From Rhizaria sp. SCN 62-66 (Eukaryota): a stretch of 64,000 nucleotides of DNA. Below, piece after piece: positions 23,531 to 33,812 of this stretch (within the stretch, counting starts at the first letter, position 1; every line of letters begins with the position of its first letter). The translations under genes were made by a program, and so were the position numbers. Under the pieces are notes generated by a model, which was not told the DNA's origin, did no database searches, and was given only the letters and a program-made list of their open reading frames with translations. Location of the stretch: NCBI GenBank assembly GCA_001724265.1, contig MEDY01000016.1, positions 62,001-126,000 on the forward strand. The letters run 5' to 3'.

Positions 23531-26352
23531 ATGCTGGGCTTTGCGCGCCGCCGCGCTACCGCTCTCGCCTCCGGCCTGAGCCTCCGCGCTCCCGCCCTCG
23601 CACTCTCTCACAACGGCAGCAGCAGCAACAACAGCAGCAAGCTTCCTTCCGCGCTCCGCTCCGTCCTATCTTCATCCTCCCGCCTGTTCTCCTCCGATGC
23701 CACAGTTAATCCTACCGCCGACGCTGCTGCTAGCCCCACCATGACGTCGTTCTCGACGACGGGCACGGGCCGCCACGTGCGCGACACCGCGTCCACGGTG
23801 CTGCAACTCTGCGATGAGGAAAAGGCCGAGATCATGGCCGGCGTCGCGCAGGCCAACATCCGCAACTTTTCCATCATTGCGCACATCGACCACGGCAAGT
23901 CGACGCTGGCAGACCGCCTGCTGGGCTTTGCAGGGAACATTTCCCGCAACCAGCGCGAAACGGGGCAGGTGCTCGACAAGCTCGAGGTGGAGCGCGCGCG
24001 CGGCATCACCGTCAAGGCGCAGACGGCGTCCATCTACTATCGTAACCCCACGGCGCAGCGCGGGGATATGGACCACTCGTACTTGCTCAACCTCGTTGAC
24101 TGCCCCGGTCACGTCGACTTTGCGTACGAGGTCTCGCGATCGCTCGCAGCCTGTCAGGTATGTCCGCAACTCTCGTGTATAACTTTAATTGGAATATATT
24201 CATTGTAATTTAATATTCAGTCGTTGTGGTTTACCTTGTTTCCAAATTCCGCATTACATGGCTTACATATCACCCATGTTTCTATCATTTTCTGTGTCTA
24301 TATTTTTTTCGATTACGCACACGCAAACACACACAGGGCGCTTTGCTGCTTGTCGACTCTTCGCAGGGCATCCAGGCGCAGACGCTGGCGAACTTCTACA
24401 TCGCGATGGAGGCGAACTTGACGATTGTGCCTATTCTGACCAAGGTCGACCTGCCGCACAGCGACGTGGACCGCGTCATCACGGAAATGGTCGCCGCCTT
24501 CGACGTCAAGCCCGAGGAGATCCTCCGCTGCTCCGCCAAGTCGGGCCTGGGCATCGCGGAGCTGTTCCCCGAGATTATTGCGCGCATTCCTGCGCCGTCG
24601 GGCGTGGTCTCATACCCGCCGGGCCACGCGCTGGCGATGCCGGGCGCCGTGGAGCCGTGCCCGGCGCCGCTGCGCGCGCTACTCTTCGACTCATGGTACG
24701 ACGTGCACCGCGGCGTCATCTGCCTCGTCAAGGTCGAAGACGGCGAGATCCACCAGGGCGACATCATCAACACGTACCACGAGCAGGGCGGGCCCTACGA
24801 GGTGCAGGAGATCGGCGTGCTGCTGCCCAACTCCAACACCATGATTCCCCAGGGCAAGCTGCGCACAGGCCAGGTCGGGTACATTATCGCTAACATCAAG
24901 GACTCGCGCGAAGTGCGGCTCGGCGACACGTTCATCGGGCTCCCGCGCGTCAGCGTTAGCAACCTGGGCGGCGCGTCGCAGGGCAAGCTGCTCCCGGTCA
25001 CCTACGACCTCAAGAAGCTCGGCCACATCGAGGCCCGCAAGCGCACGTCGGAGATCGCCAAGACGCTGGAGCCGCTGCCCGGTTTCCAGCCCGCCAAGAG
25101 CATGGTCTTTGCGGGGCTTTTTCCGTCCTCGGCGTCAGACTACACTGAGCTGCAGAGCGCAGTTGAGCGCCTCACGCTCAACGACGCGTCCGTGACCATC
25201 ACCAAGGAGCACTCGGCCGCGCTGGGCCAGGGCTTCCGCTGCGGCTTCCTGGGAATGCTGCACATGGACGTCTTCACCACGCGGCTGGAGCAGGAGTTCG
25301 GCGCTTCAGTCATCACCACCGCGCCTACGGTGCCCTACGCCGCGGACCTGCTCGACGGCTCGCGCATGTCGATCGAGTCGCCCTCGGAGTTCCCCACGCC
25401 CGATAAGGTTCGTCGTTAGTCGCAACAAAGAACAATCGCTTTTCAAACCTATGAATTCTGAAATTGTGTACAATTTTATTTGTGATCGATCTTGATTCTC
25501 ATGCGCCTTCTTTCTGTCTTTGATTCGCTATGATTGCCACTTTTTCTTTTGCCCATAGATTTCCGTCTTGTACGAGCCGATGGTCAAGGTCTCCATCATC
25601 ACGCCCCACGATTACGTCGGCCCGCTCACCCAGCTCTGCGGCGAGTCCCGCGGCGTTGTCGAGGACGTCAAGTTTATCTCCGCCGACCGCGCGCTGATGC
25701 GTTACACAATCCCGCTCGCTGAGGTCGTCGTCGACTTCTACCAGGTACGCTTCGGTTGACGACACACAATTGCTTTGATGATTGTCCAGTCAATGGAGTA
25801 ATAGCGCACTACATTTCTTTTTCATTTCAAGTTCCATGCACGTTCACTCACCTCAGATTTATTGTCTGTTTTGTCCTCACGTTGTTCTCTCTCTCATACA
25901 CACAGGAGATCAAGTCTATTTCCAGCGGCTACGCGTCTCTGGACTACGAGCCCTGCGGTGAGCAGGCGTCGGACATCGTGAAGCTGGACATCAAGGTCAA
26001 CGGCGAGTCGGTCGACGCGCTCTCGGTCATCTGCCACCGCCTCAAGGCCGAGACGCTGGGCCGCCGTATGATCGCCAAGCTCAAGGAGAGCATGGACCGG
26101 CAGAACTTCGAGATCATCCTCCAGGCGTCGCTGGGCGCCAAGGTGCTGGCCCGCGAGCGGCTGGCGCCGTTCCGCAAGGACGTGCTGATCAAGTCCGGCA
26201 AGCTCGTCGGCGGCGGCGACAGCACGCGCAAGAAGAAGCTGCTGGAGAAGCAGAAGGAAGGCAAGAAGCGCATGAAGGCCGTGGGCAATGTGGAGATCAG
26301 CGACGAGGCGTTCTTGTCCGTGATCAAGGCACAGTCGAGGCACGAGAACTGA
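23531..26352 (+). CDS. GUF1: Mitochondrial translation factor GUF1/LepA (EF-4), 4 exons (23531-24157, 24337-25407, 25559-25744, 25906-26352)
   Basis: [58 protein letters not shown] and [17 protein letters not shown]. Mitochondrial-type presequence. Stop TGA. Confidence 0.95.
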
Positions 26353-26708
26353 GTGGACTACGCAGCGCAGATAGTCTTTCATTCATATGGAGTCCAGAGT
26401 AGCCCTCGTTGGGGAGCAGATAGATGTCGTAGAACATGACTGGAACTTAGTGTGGATGTATTATTCATTGTGTGCCTGCCACATGGCTGGTTGCTACTAT
26501 CTAACGGTGGTGGGTCGATCGTGCGCAATCCAAAGCGCACTTTTTGTGCCGACTGTGAGGCCTGAGAGATGGCTGCGTACATTAACATGATCACGCCAAA
26601 TAACTATTTAACACTTCAACCCAACAAATATATCATTATCAATAAACAAAGTAATTTTGATTAAATACGTTGTGTTTCAGATTGATTGATGATTGATTTG
26701 CATCTCCA

Positions 26709-29117
26709 TCACCGAGTTTTGCGCGTCGCTGCAGCAGCGCGCGAGCGTGATTGGGACCGTGAGCGCGACCGCGACCGCGACTGCGAACGGGACTGAGCAC
26801 GGCCTTTCCGCTTTGCCTCACCCGCATCGCTCTCCTTTTGTTGCTGACGCGTACTCGCGCTCTTACTTGTTGCCGTCGACGGCGTGCTTACACGTGACCG
26901 CGACCGTGACTGTGACCGAGGCTGCGCGCGTTGCTGTGATGTCGTCGGCATTGGCTGCGGCTGGCGCTGCGACGGGCGCTTACGCTCGCGCACAACCTCA
27001 GCTTCAGCACCAGTCGAAGCGTTGTCTTTCGCCTGAACTTCTTCGTCCGTCACGCTGTTGCTGACCGCCTGAGTTGTTCGCGCCCGCGACCTTAACCGAC
27101 GCTCTTGACGCAAAGCGATGTCAGAGGTGCTCACATTGACATTACAAATACCACCAGAGACATCCAGACTTTGCTGACAGTCGGCTTTGTCACTTGCCTC
27201 CCACGGCCACATTCCAAGACCGAACTCGATCCCCGATTCCTTCGTTTTCGCGATCATCACGACGATAAGCGCGACATTCACGGCGAAGAAGAGCATCGCG
27301 GCGAGCCACATCTGCGTGTAGACGGGCAGCGACAGCACCTCGAGCTGGTAGCCCCAGTACAGCCAGTGCGCCTCGGTGCCCTGCCAGAGCGCGGCGGCGG
27401 CGGCGACGGCGGCCGCGGCGCGCAGCGGGCGCGCGCGGTGGCACGCAGCGGGCAGCGCGAGCGGGAGCAGCGCGGACCACCAGAGAAAGTACTGCGCCGT
27501 GCAAACCTTGTTGAAGGACACAAAAATCAGCGTCTGCACGAGGAAACAGGCCGGCAGCGCGCACGAGAGGCGCGCCGCGGTCAGCAGCAACAGCGCGGCC
27601 TGCGGCAGGAAGACGACGAACACGGGCGCCAGCTGCACCACGAGTGCGTACGCGTGCACAGGCAGGCGCGAGAGGGCCGTGCACACGCTCTCGCTCGCCG
27701 CAGCCGAGGCCGCGTGAAAGCCAGAAGCAGAGACGGCGGCGGCAGCGGCGGGGGAGAGCGCGCCGAAGGTCAGCGCGGAGATAAGGGACGCGCTTTGCGC
27801 CAGCGCAGCGGCAGCTGCGGGGGTCGGTACAGCAGCGGCAACAGTGGTTGCAGCAGCAGCAGCAGCAGCAGGAGCGGTACTGTTGGCGAGAGCAAGGAGA
27901 GCCGGCGCTGGCGCAGAGGACAGATACATCAGAAGAAAGTAGGGGGAGAAGTTGTGTCGGATGTCTTTGCGGACCAAGTGGTACAGATAGGTCTCGTGCA
28001 CAAACGTCCAGCCGTAGAGCGCGTGGAACAGACCGAGCAGCGACAGGAACACCGCGGCGGAGACTGCGGCGAACGCGAGGCACAGCGGCGACGTGGCGAT
28101 GCGGACGCCAGTGCGCCAACACCACTGCACAGGGGCGGTAAGGTGATGTAGACAGGAGCGAAAGCAAGCTTTGATAATGAAAGCAAAGCTTGAAGAAGAC
28201 AACGGACGATGTTCTTGATGTTGCAGCGCAAATTGATTGCTATTGTGGCCGTCATTTTGCGAGTTAGAAAGGAAAAAAAGCACAGCTGGTGCGTAGATAA
28301 TAGGATACACACGAAAGTGCACAACCAATCCATATACCGCAGCAGCGGGCGCAACCGCGCGCGTCGCACTGCACAGGGATGCGGCAAACGTGGATTCCTG
28401 CGTCTTGCTACCACGTTCACTGCGCGGTGATTGCGGCGCGGAGAATGGCAACAGCAGGAGAAGCAAAACAAACAGCAGGAGCAGCACAATCGCATCGGCG
28501 GAGCCGCGCGTTGAGATGTTGATGGCGAGCGGAGATGCGAGATACAGCAGCGACCAGAGCACGGAGGAGCGCAGCAGGGACGCGGATTCTGTCAGACGAT
28601 TGTTTTGCGTGACAGAAGTCTCGTTGTCACGCGGAAAACGCCAAAGCACAAGAATAGCTGCGGAAAGCAGCGCAGCGATGACGTCACAGAGAGCAAATAA
28701 CATTTTGCCCCATTCCGGATAAAACGCGTTTGGTAGCATGAGGTAGGCCATGAGGGGCGAGTAGCGGTAGGTGCCGCGGTCGTAGGGCGAGCCGCCAGAT
28801 TGCACATGAACGGCAGCATCATTAAACACAGAGTAGTCAATGTCGGTGTACTTAACAGGAACTTTATGAAAGACCGAGAAAACGCCAGGGAAGTGCAGGA
28901 TGAGGGGCGGAAGAGAAGTGCAAAGCGACGAAGGGATAGGAGGGAGCAAAGATAACGTACGTTTCGAGTCGAACCAAGAGGTGTAAACAATAATGAAAGC
29001 GCGAATTAGAAAGGCCACTGCGTAGACCCACCAATAATTGACAAAAATACTTTTGATAACATCTTTGTTCGACGCAGCAGGAGAGCGCGCTCGAGAGGGA
29101 TTGTTCAATAGAGTCAT
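26709..29117 (-). CDS. PIGM: GPI mannosyltransferase I (PIG-M/Gpi14), with a probable 99-nt in-frame intron at 28862-28960
   Basis: KYTDIDY (DxD motif), SPYDRGTYRYSPL, ISTRGS, YLYHLVRKDIRHNFSPYF and FNKVCTAQYFLWW. Multiple TM segments. Stop TGA. Confidence 0.93.
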   Translation of the reverse strand: MTLLNNPSRARSPAASNKDVIKSIFVNYWWVYAVAFLIRAFIIVYTSWFDSKRTLSLLPPIPSSLCTSLPPLILHFPGVFSVFHKVPVKYTDIDYSVFNDAAVHVQSGGSPYDRGTYRYSPLMAYLMLPNAFYPEWGKMLFALCDVIAALLSAAILVLWRFPRDNETSVTQNNRLTESASLLRSSVLWSLLYLASPLAINISTRGSADAIVLLLLFVLLLLLLPFSAPQSPRSERGSKTQESTFAASLCSATRAVAPAAAVYGLVVHFRVYPIIYAPAVLFFLSNSQNDGHNSNQFALQHQEHRPLSSSSFAFIIKACFRSCLHHLTAPVQWCWRTGVRIATSPLCLAFAAVSAAVFLSLLGLFHALYGWTFVHETYLYHLVRKDIRHNFSPYFLLMYLSSAPAPALLALANSTAPAAAAAAATTVAAAVPTPAAAAALAQSASLISALTFGALSPAAAAAVSASGFHAASAAASESVCTALSRLPVHAYALVVQLAPVFVVFLPQAALLLLTAARLSCALPACFLVQTLIFVSFNKVCTAQYFLWWSALLPLALPAACHRARPLRAAAAVAAAAALWQGTEAHWLYWGYQLEVLSLPVYTQMWLAAMLFFAVNVALIVVMIAKTKESGIEFGLGMWPWEASDKADCQQSLDVSGGICNVNVSTSDIALRQERRLRSRARTTQAVSNSVTDEEVQAKDNASTGAEAEVVRERKRPSQRQPQPMPTTSQQRAQPRSQSRSRSRVSTPSTATSKSASTRQQQKESDAGEAKRKGRAQSRSQSRSRSRSRSQSRSRAAAATRKTR

Positions 29118-29954
29118 CGCTGACTCGTCAATCTTGGGATAGAGATTCTAATAGCCTGTTTGTTTTCTAAAAAGAGCAATTGAAAAGGGGAGTAGATAAT
29201 AAAGTAAACAAATAGGTTCAGATCAATGTAGACGTATTGACGATCAGTTCCAAGATATTTTGATGATGCTCTTTGAACATACAATCTGCCCTCTCGTGAC
29301 GACTTGCCATATGGTTATCAACTTGATGCTGCTCGTGACTTTGGGTTTCCCTCATAGATCTATCGCGTATGACCATACTCCTAAGCTGCGTTGAGGACGA
29401 CATGTACACGATACTTGACCACTAGTACATTACTGGTTAGGTACGTGTACCCATCAAATCGAGAAGAGGTCCAATGTGTGTCGTAGTGTTTGTCATTACA
29501 TTTACATTGTAACCAGCGTCAAAGTCACAGTTAATACACTGTGCTGTGCAGCACGCGAGTGACAAACGCTACGACCACCAGTTGCCACAATGGTATTTGG
29601 TCAGTCAATCACGACGATAGCAAAGGTACGAACCAGTTGCTTCGTGTTCCTTGTTACGGCTTGCTGCAAAGCATATCGTTACAGCCTCAAATCATCAAAA
29701 GGACGCGTGCTCATGCTTCAAATGATCACAATTCACAGCAAAAAGACCACGTCATTTTATTTTTGAGCATGCATAATCTTCTTTATATATTACGTATAAT
29801 CCGTCAAAGCGGGCTCCTCGCTTTAACAATAAAAAAATCCCTTACAGCTAAGCTCGACGAATTTCGATCAGAGACTGATGGTCTCGTGTGCTCATCGCTC
29901 GTCTTCGTACTTAACATCACAGCTGTCACATCATCATCCCGTGCTGAGCCTTTC

Positions 29955-31360
29955 TTACTGCTTGGCCGCGGCGACCTTGGGGACGCGGTAGTAGTTGGCC
30001 GTGACGAAGGGCATCTTGACGACCTCGGCCGCCGTCGCCTTGCCGCGCGTCGAGACCTGGACCTCCTTGCCGGCGTCGGCGAACGCGGACTTGACGTACG
30101 CAATGGCGATCTTCTTCATGTTAAGCGACGGCGCGGGGCCGCCCGAGGTGACGACGCCGATCTGGTTGCCCGCGGGGTCGAGCACCAGGGAGCCCTGGCG
30201 CGCGGGGGCACCGGCCTTGACCTCGATGCCCACGAGCTTCTTCGCGGGGCCCTCAGCGAGCTGCTTCAGGATCGTCTCAGCGCCCAAGAAGCCACCCTCA
30301 CGGCGGCGGCGGGGGGAGATGACCCTAAGAACAAAAAGAGCAAATGTAGTAAGAAACACATAGTCAGAGAAATATGAGTAAAGTAAGTCAACAGTAAAGC
30401 AAGATAAGACAGAAAAAAATATGAAATCTACGACACGAAGATATGAATTTGCGAAGAGGGAGTGCGTCGAAAGCGGGCGTACCAGGTCAGCCCGGCCTCG
30501 ACGGGGGTGGTTTGCTCGTCGAGCTCGTGGCCGTAGAGGCACAGCCCGGCCTCGAGGCGCAGCGAGTCGCGCACGCCGAGCCCGGCCGGCAGAACCTCGG
30601 GGAACGACGTGAGCACGCTCCAGAGCTTGACGGCGTCCTCGTTGGCGCAGCCGACTTCGAAACCGTCCTCGCCGGTGTAGCCGCAGCGCGTGACGTCGAC
30701 CTTGATGCCCTCGATCACGTCGGACGTCGAGGTCATGAACGCCATCTGTGCCAGGTCGACGCCCGGGAGCAGCTTCTGCATGATGCCCGCGGCCTTGGGG
30801 CCCTGGAGCGCGACGAGCGAGCGCTTGTCGAGGTACTCAAGCGCGACGGGCGTCGCGGACGGGTTGGCGGCGTTGTACTTGGCCATCTGGGCGCGGATGT
30901 GCGCCATGTCCTTGTCCTTGCAGCCGGCGTTGAGGACCATGAAGACGTGGTCATCGCGCGGGCAGAGCATGAAGTCGTCGATGACGCCACCCTGCTCGTT
31001 GGTGAGCACGGAGAGCTTCGCGACGCCAGGCTTAGTGGCAGCAACGTCTGTGACGCAGATCGTCTCGAGGAACGCAACGCGCTTCTCGCCAGTGACCTTG
31101 ACCTGGCCCATGTGGGAGACGTCAAAGAGGCCGGCGCTGTTGCGGACGTGCGCGTGCGACTGGTTGAGACCGTCGGCGTACTGGACGGGGAGAGCGTAGC
31201 CACAGAAGGGAACGATCTTGCCGCCGGCCGCGGTGTGGACGTCGAAGAGGGCGGTCTTCTTGCACTCGGAGAGCGGGACCTCGGCACCGAAGCGGCGCAC
31301 GGGGGCGGACAGAAGGGAGCGGAGCATGGAAGCGCCGCGGACAGAAGTGCGAGCGAGCAT
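29955..31360 (-). CDS. AMT: Glycine cleavage system T protein (aminomethyltransferase), mitochondrial, 2 exons (31360-30483, 30324-29955)
   Basis: GLFDVSHMGQ, ALQGPKA, TRCGYTGEDGFE, RDSLRLEAGLCLYG and KMPFV. Presequence present. Stop TAA. Confidence 0.96.
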
Positions 31361-31918
31361 GGAGGGACCTGAACAGAGCGTTCATTAACGAAACAAAGAA
31401 GAGAACGAGTGCGGCGGTGCGATGAGAGGAAGCGAGTTGAAAAAGTGTCAAAAGAGAGAGTTTTCGAACGTAAAATGATCTTACGAAAACAGAAAAGAAA
31501 GTAACAACAACCATATACAAGCCACATTAAAGGATATACACAATGACGCGCTTTTATGAAGTAGACTGGCTCTTTCCAAAAGATCCACTGGTCCGAATCT
31601 GACCGTCGACCCTCTTTGTCGCGCCACAAGCCGGTGACAGGGCACAGTCATAATCTTACTCCAAATGCGGCTTGCGTCGGAATGATGGACTCTTAAAGCT
31701 GGAATTTAGCGTAGATTTATACTATTAACATTGTGTATTCGGTTCTTGCCGATATTAAATACCATACATATAAATGCGCCCTGCATACGGCGCCATTTCC
31801 CACCCTTCATCTTCATAAAAATTACGCTTGCGCAAACAACACAGTCTTTGCGACATCAAAAAAGGACATCACAGCCCTGCCATGTTTGCGTATATCGCTG
31901 ACGCTGAAGCTGACGCGC

Positions 31919-33236
31919 TTACTGAGCCTTGGCAGCGGCCGCGGGGGCCGCGGTCTCAGCAGCAGCAGCAGCAGGGACCTCGGCGACGATGCCCTTAGCG
32001 GCGTCGCGGCGCGCGAGGGCCTCCTTGACCGAGAGCAGCTTGATGGGCTCGGCGACGAAGTCAATCGTGCGCGCGGTGGCCGTGAGGCGCTTCTCGAGGT
32101 CGAGCTTGCCCTGCATGGTGACGTAGACGGTGCGCGCCTTGAGCACGTCGAAGACGTTGGCGCCGCGCGCGGGGTGCACCACGAGCTGCTTGATGTTGCG
32201 CGCGGCGACGAGGAAGTTGGGGTCGTGCTCAAGGTCGCCGTGAATGAGCAGCGCCTTGTCGGCCTCGGGGGAGAAGGCCGCGAGTTTGGAGGCGAGGAAG
32301 CCCGTCTTGTGCGTGTCGGACAGCGCGGCGTCGAGCAGGAAGAGGCGGTTCGCCTTGCGCTTGGCCGAGAGGGTGACGCAGAGACCCTTGCGGCGGATCG
32401 CCATAGGCAGCACGTACGAATGGTCGCGCGGGCGGTGCGGAAAGGCGTGGCCACCGTGGTATTGACCGGGGCCCTTCATGTCGGACACACGGGCACGGCC
32501 TGTAGCGCGGCGCAGTTACACACATTCACAGTTGTTTTTGGAGGGGAAGAGTAGGTAGCAGGAGCAAGGGAGTGTGTGAGGCAAAGGTTAGATTACAAAG
32601 CAAAAGGAAAATACCATTATCACACAAAACGATAGTCTCCGACTTCGTGGAGATAAAAGGGAGTCGCAAATAGCGTAAAAAGAACGAAAGAGAGTCGTTG
32701 TGAATTGATGACGTACCACCGCCCTTCTGGGGGGCGAGCTTCTTGCCGGTACCGGCGACCTCAGAGCGGCCAAGCGATTTGTGGGTGCCCTGGCGGGCGG
32801 AGGCGCGCTGCCACTCGACAACGCGCTGAACGAGGTCAACGCGCGACGTGTCGGCGTTGAAGACGGTGCGGGCCAGGGGCGCGATGCCGACGCGCTGCTT
32901 CTCCAGGTTGTAGATCCACGACTCGGCCTGCGCGGGCGCAGGGATGATCTGCTTGCCGGAGATGGCGGGGGCGAGGTCGAAGTCGTAGAAGCGGTCGCGG
33001 CGACGACGCTCGCCGCCGTCGGGCTTGGGGATCAGCGTCTCGCCGGACAGCAGGCGGACGCGGAGTGCGGCGTACTTGTCGGCCTGCTTCTTCGCGTCGC
33101 GCATGTACTTGGGGTTATGCGCCATAGTGCGGTGAGCGACCGTGACGACGGGGATCGCCATCGCAGAGGCAGCCACGGCAGCAGAGCTGGAAGAGACGGC
33201 CGAAAGGCGGATGGCAAGACGAGACATGGAGGCCAT
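31919..33236 (-). CDS. MRPL4: Mitochondrial ribosomal protein uL4m, 2 exons (33236-32717, 32499-31919)
   Basis: RQGTHKSLGRSEVAGTGKKLAPQKGG/GRARV...GGHAFPHRPRD, plus AARNI and NVFDVLK. Long presequence. Stop TAA. Confidence 0.92.
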
Positions 33237-33812
33237 TGTCGTCGTTGCTGAGCGGACGCTGTGAGAGGAGCTACGGAGCGCGGGTTGACAAGCGAAAAAA
33301 AGACTCAAAAACTGCAGATACACAGTAGCTTTTGAATCAAAGTTACGCTTAAAGACACGCTATTCCTGCCTGGTGTGCACCACAATTGAACCCGTTTGCA
33401 GCTGCTCTCGCTCGGTCCAATCCCGCTGCCCGCATTAAATTTCCCCTCGCCCACTTTTTCGGTCCCCACTTTTCGATGTCCACCGCCGACCGACCGACCG
33501 ACCGAGCAAACGACTCTTCGTCTGACTTGTTTGTGTTTCGATGTCGTTCTCGTTCTTTTCAGCGTTGATTAGCGTGATTTCAAAATGGCAGCATTAAATT
33601 ATTTTGTTTACACATAATATAGATACCGTTTATCACAAAATAGTTGAGGTCCCCATGTATCTACCTGTTTCTGTTCTGTCTTGGTTGCCAGTGACCGTTT
33701 CGTTCAGACCTGCCTGTCTCACTTCTCCGCGCTCTCGCCCGACTCTTGTTCCGCTTCTAGCCTACCCTTTTTGTTTATCTAGTTTTATTAAATTGATCTA
33801 ACACAGCGCCAC

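Noticed and set aside
4638-33236. Bacterial contamination or recent HGT suggested by bacterial-like genes (SpoU, EF-G, LepA, L4, GcvT)
   Set aside because: Most have spliceosomal introns and mitochondrial presequences, share codon usage, and are interspersed with eukaryote-specific genes.
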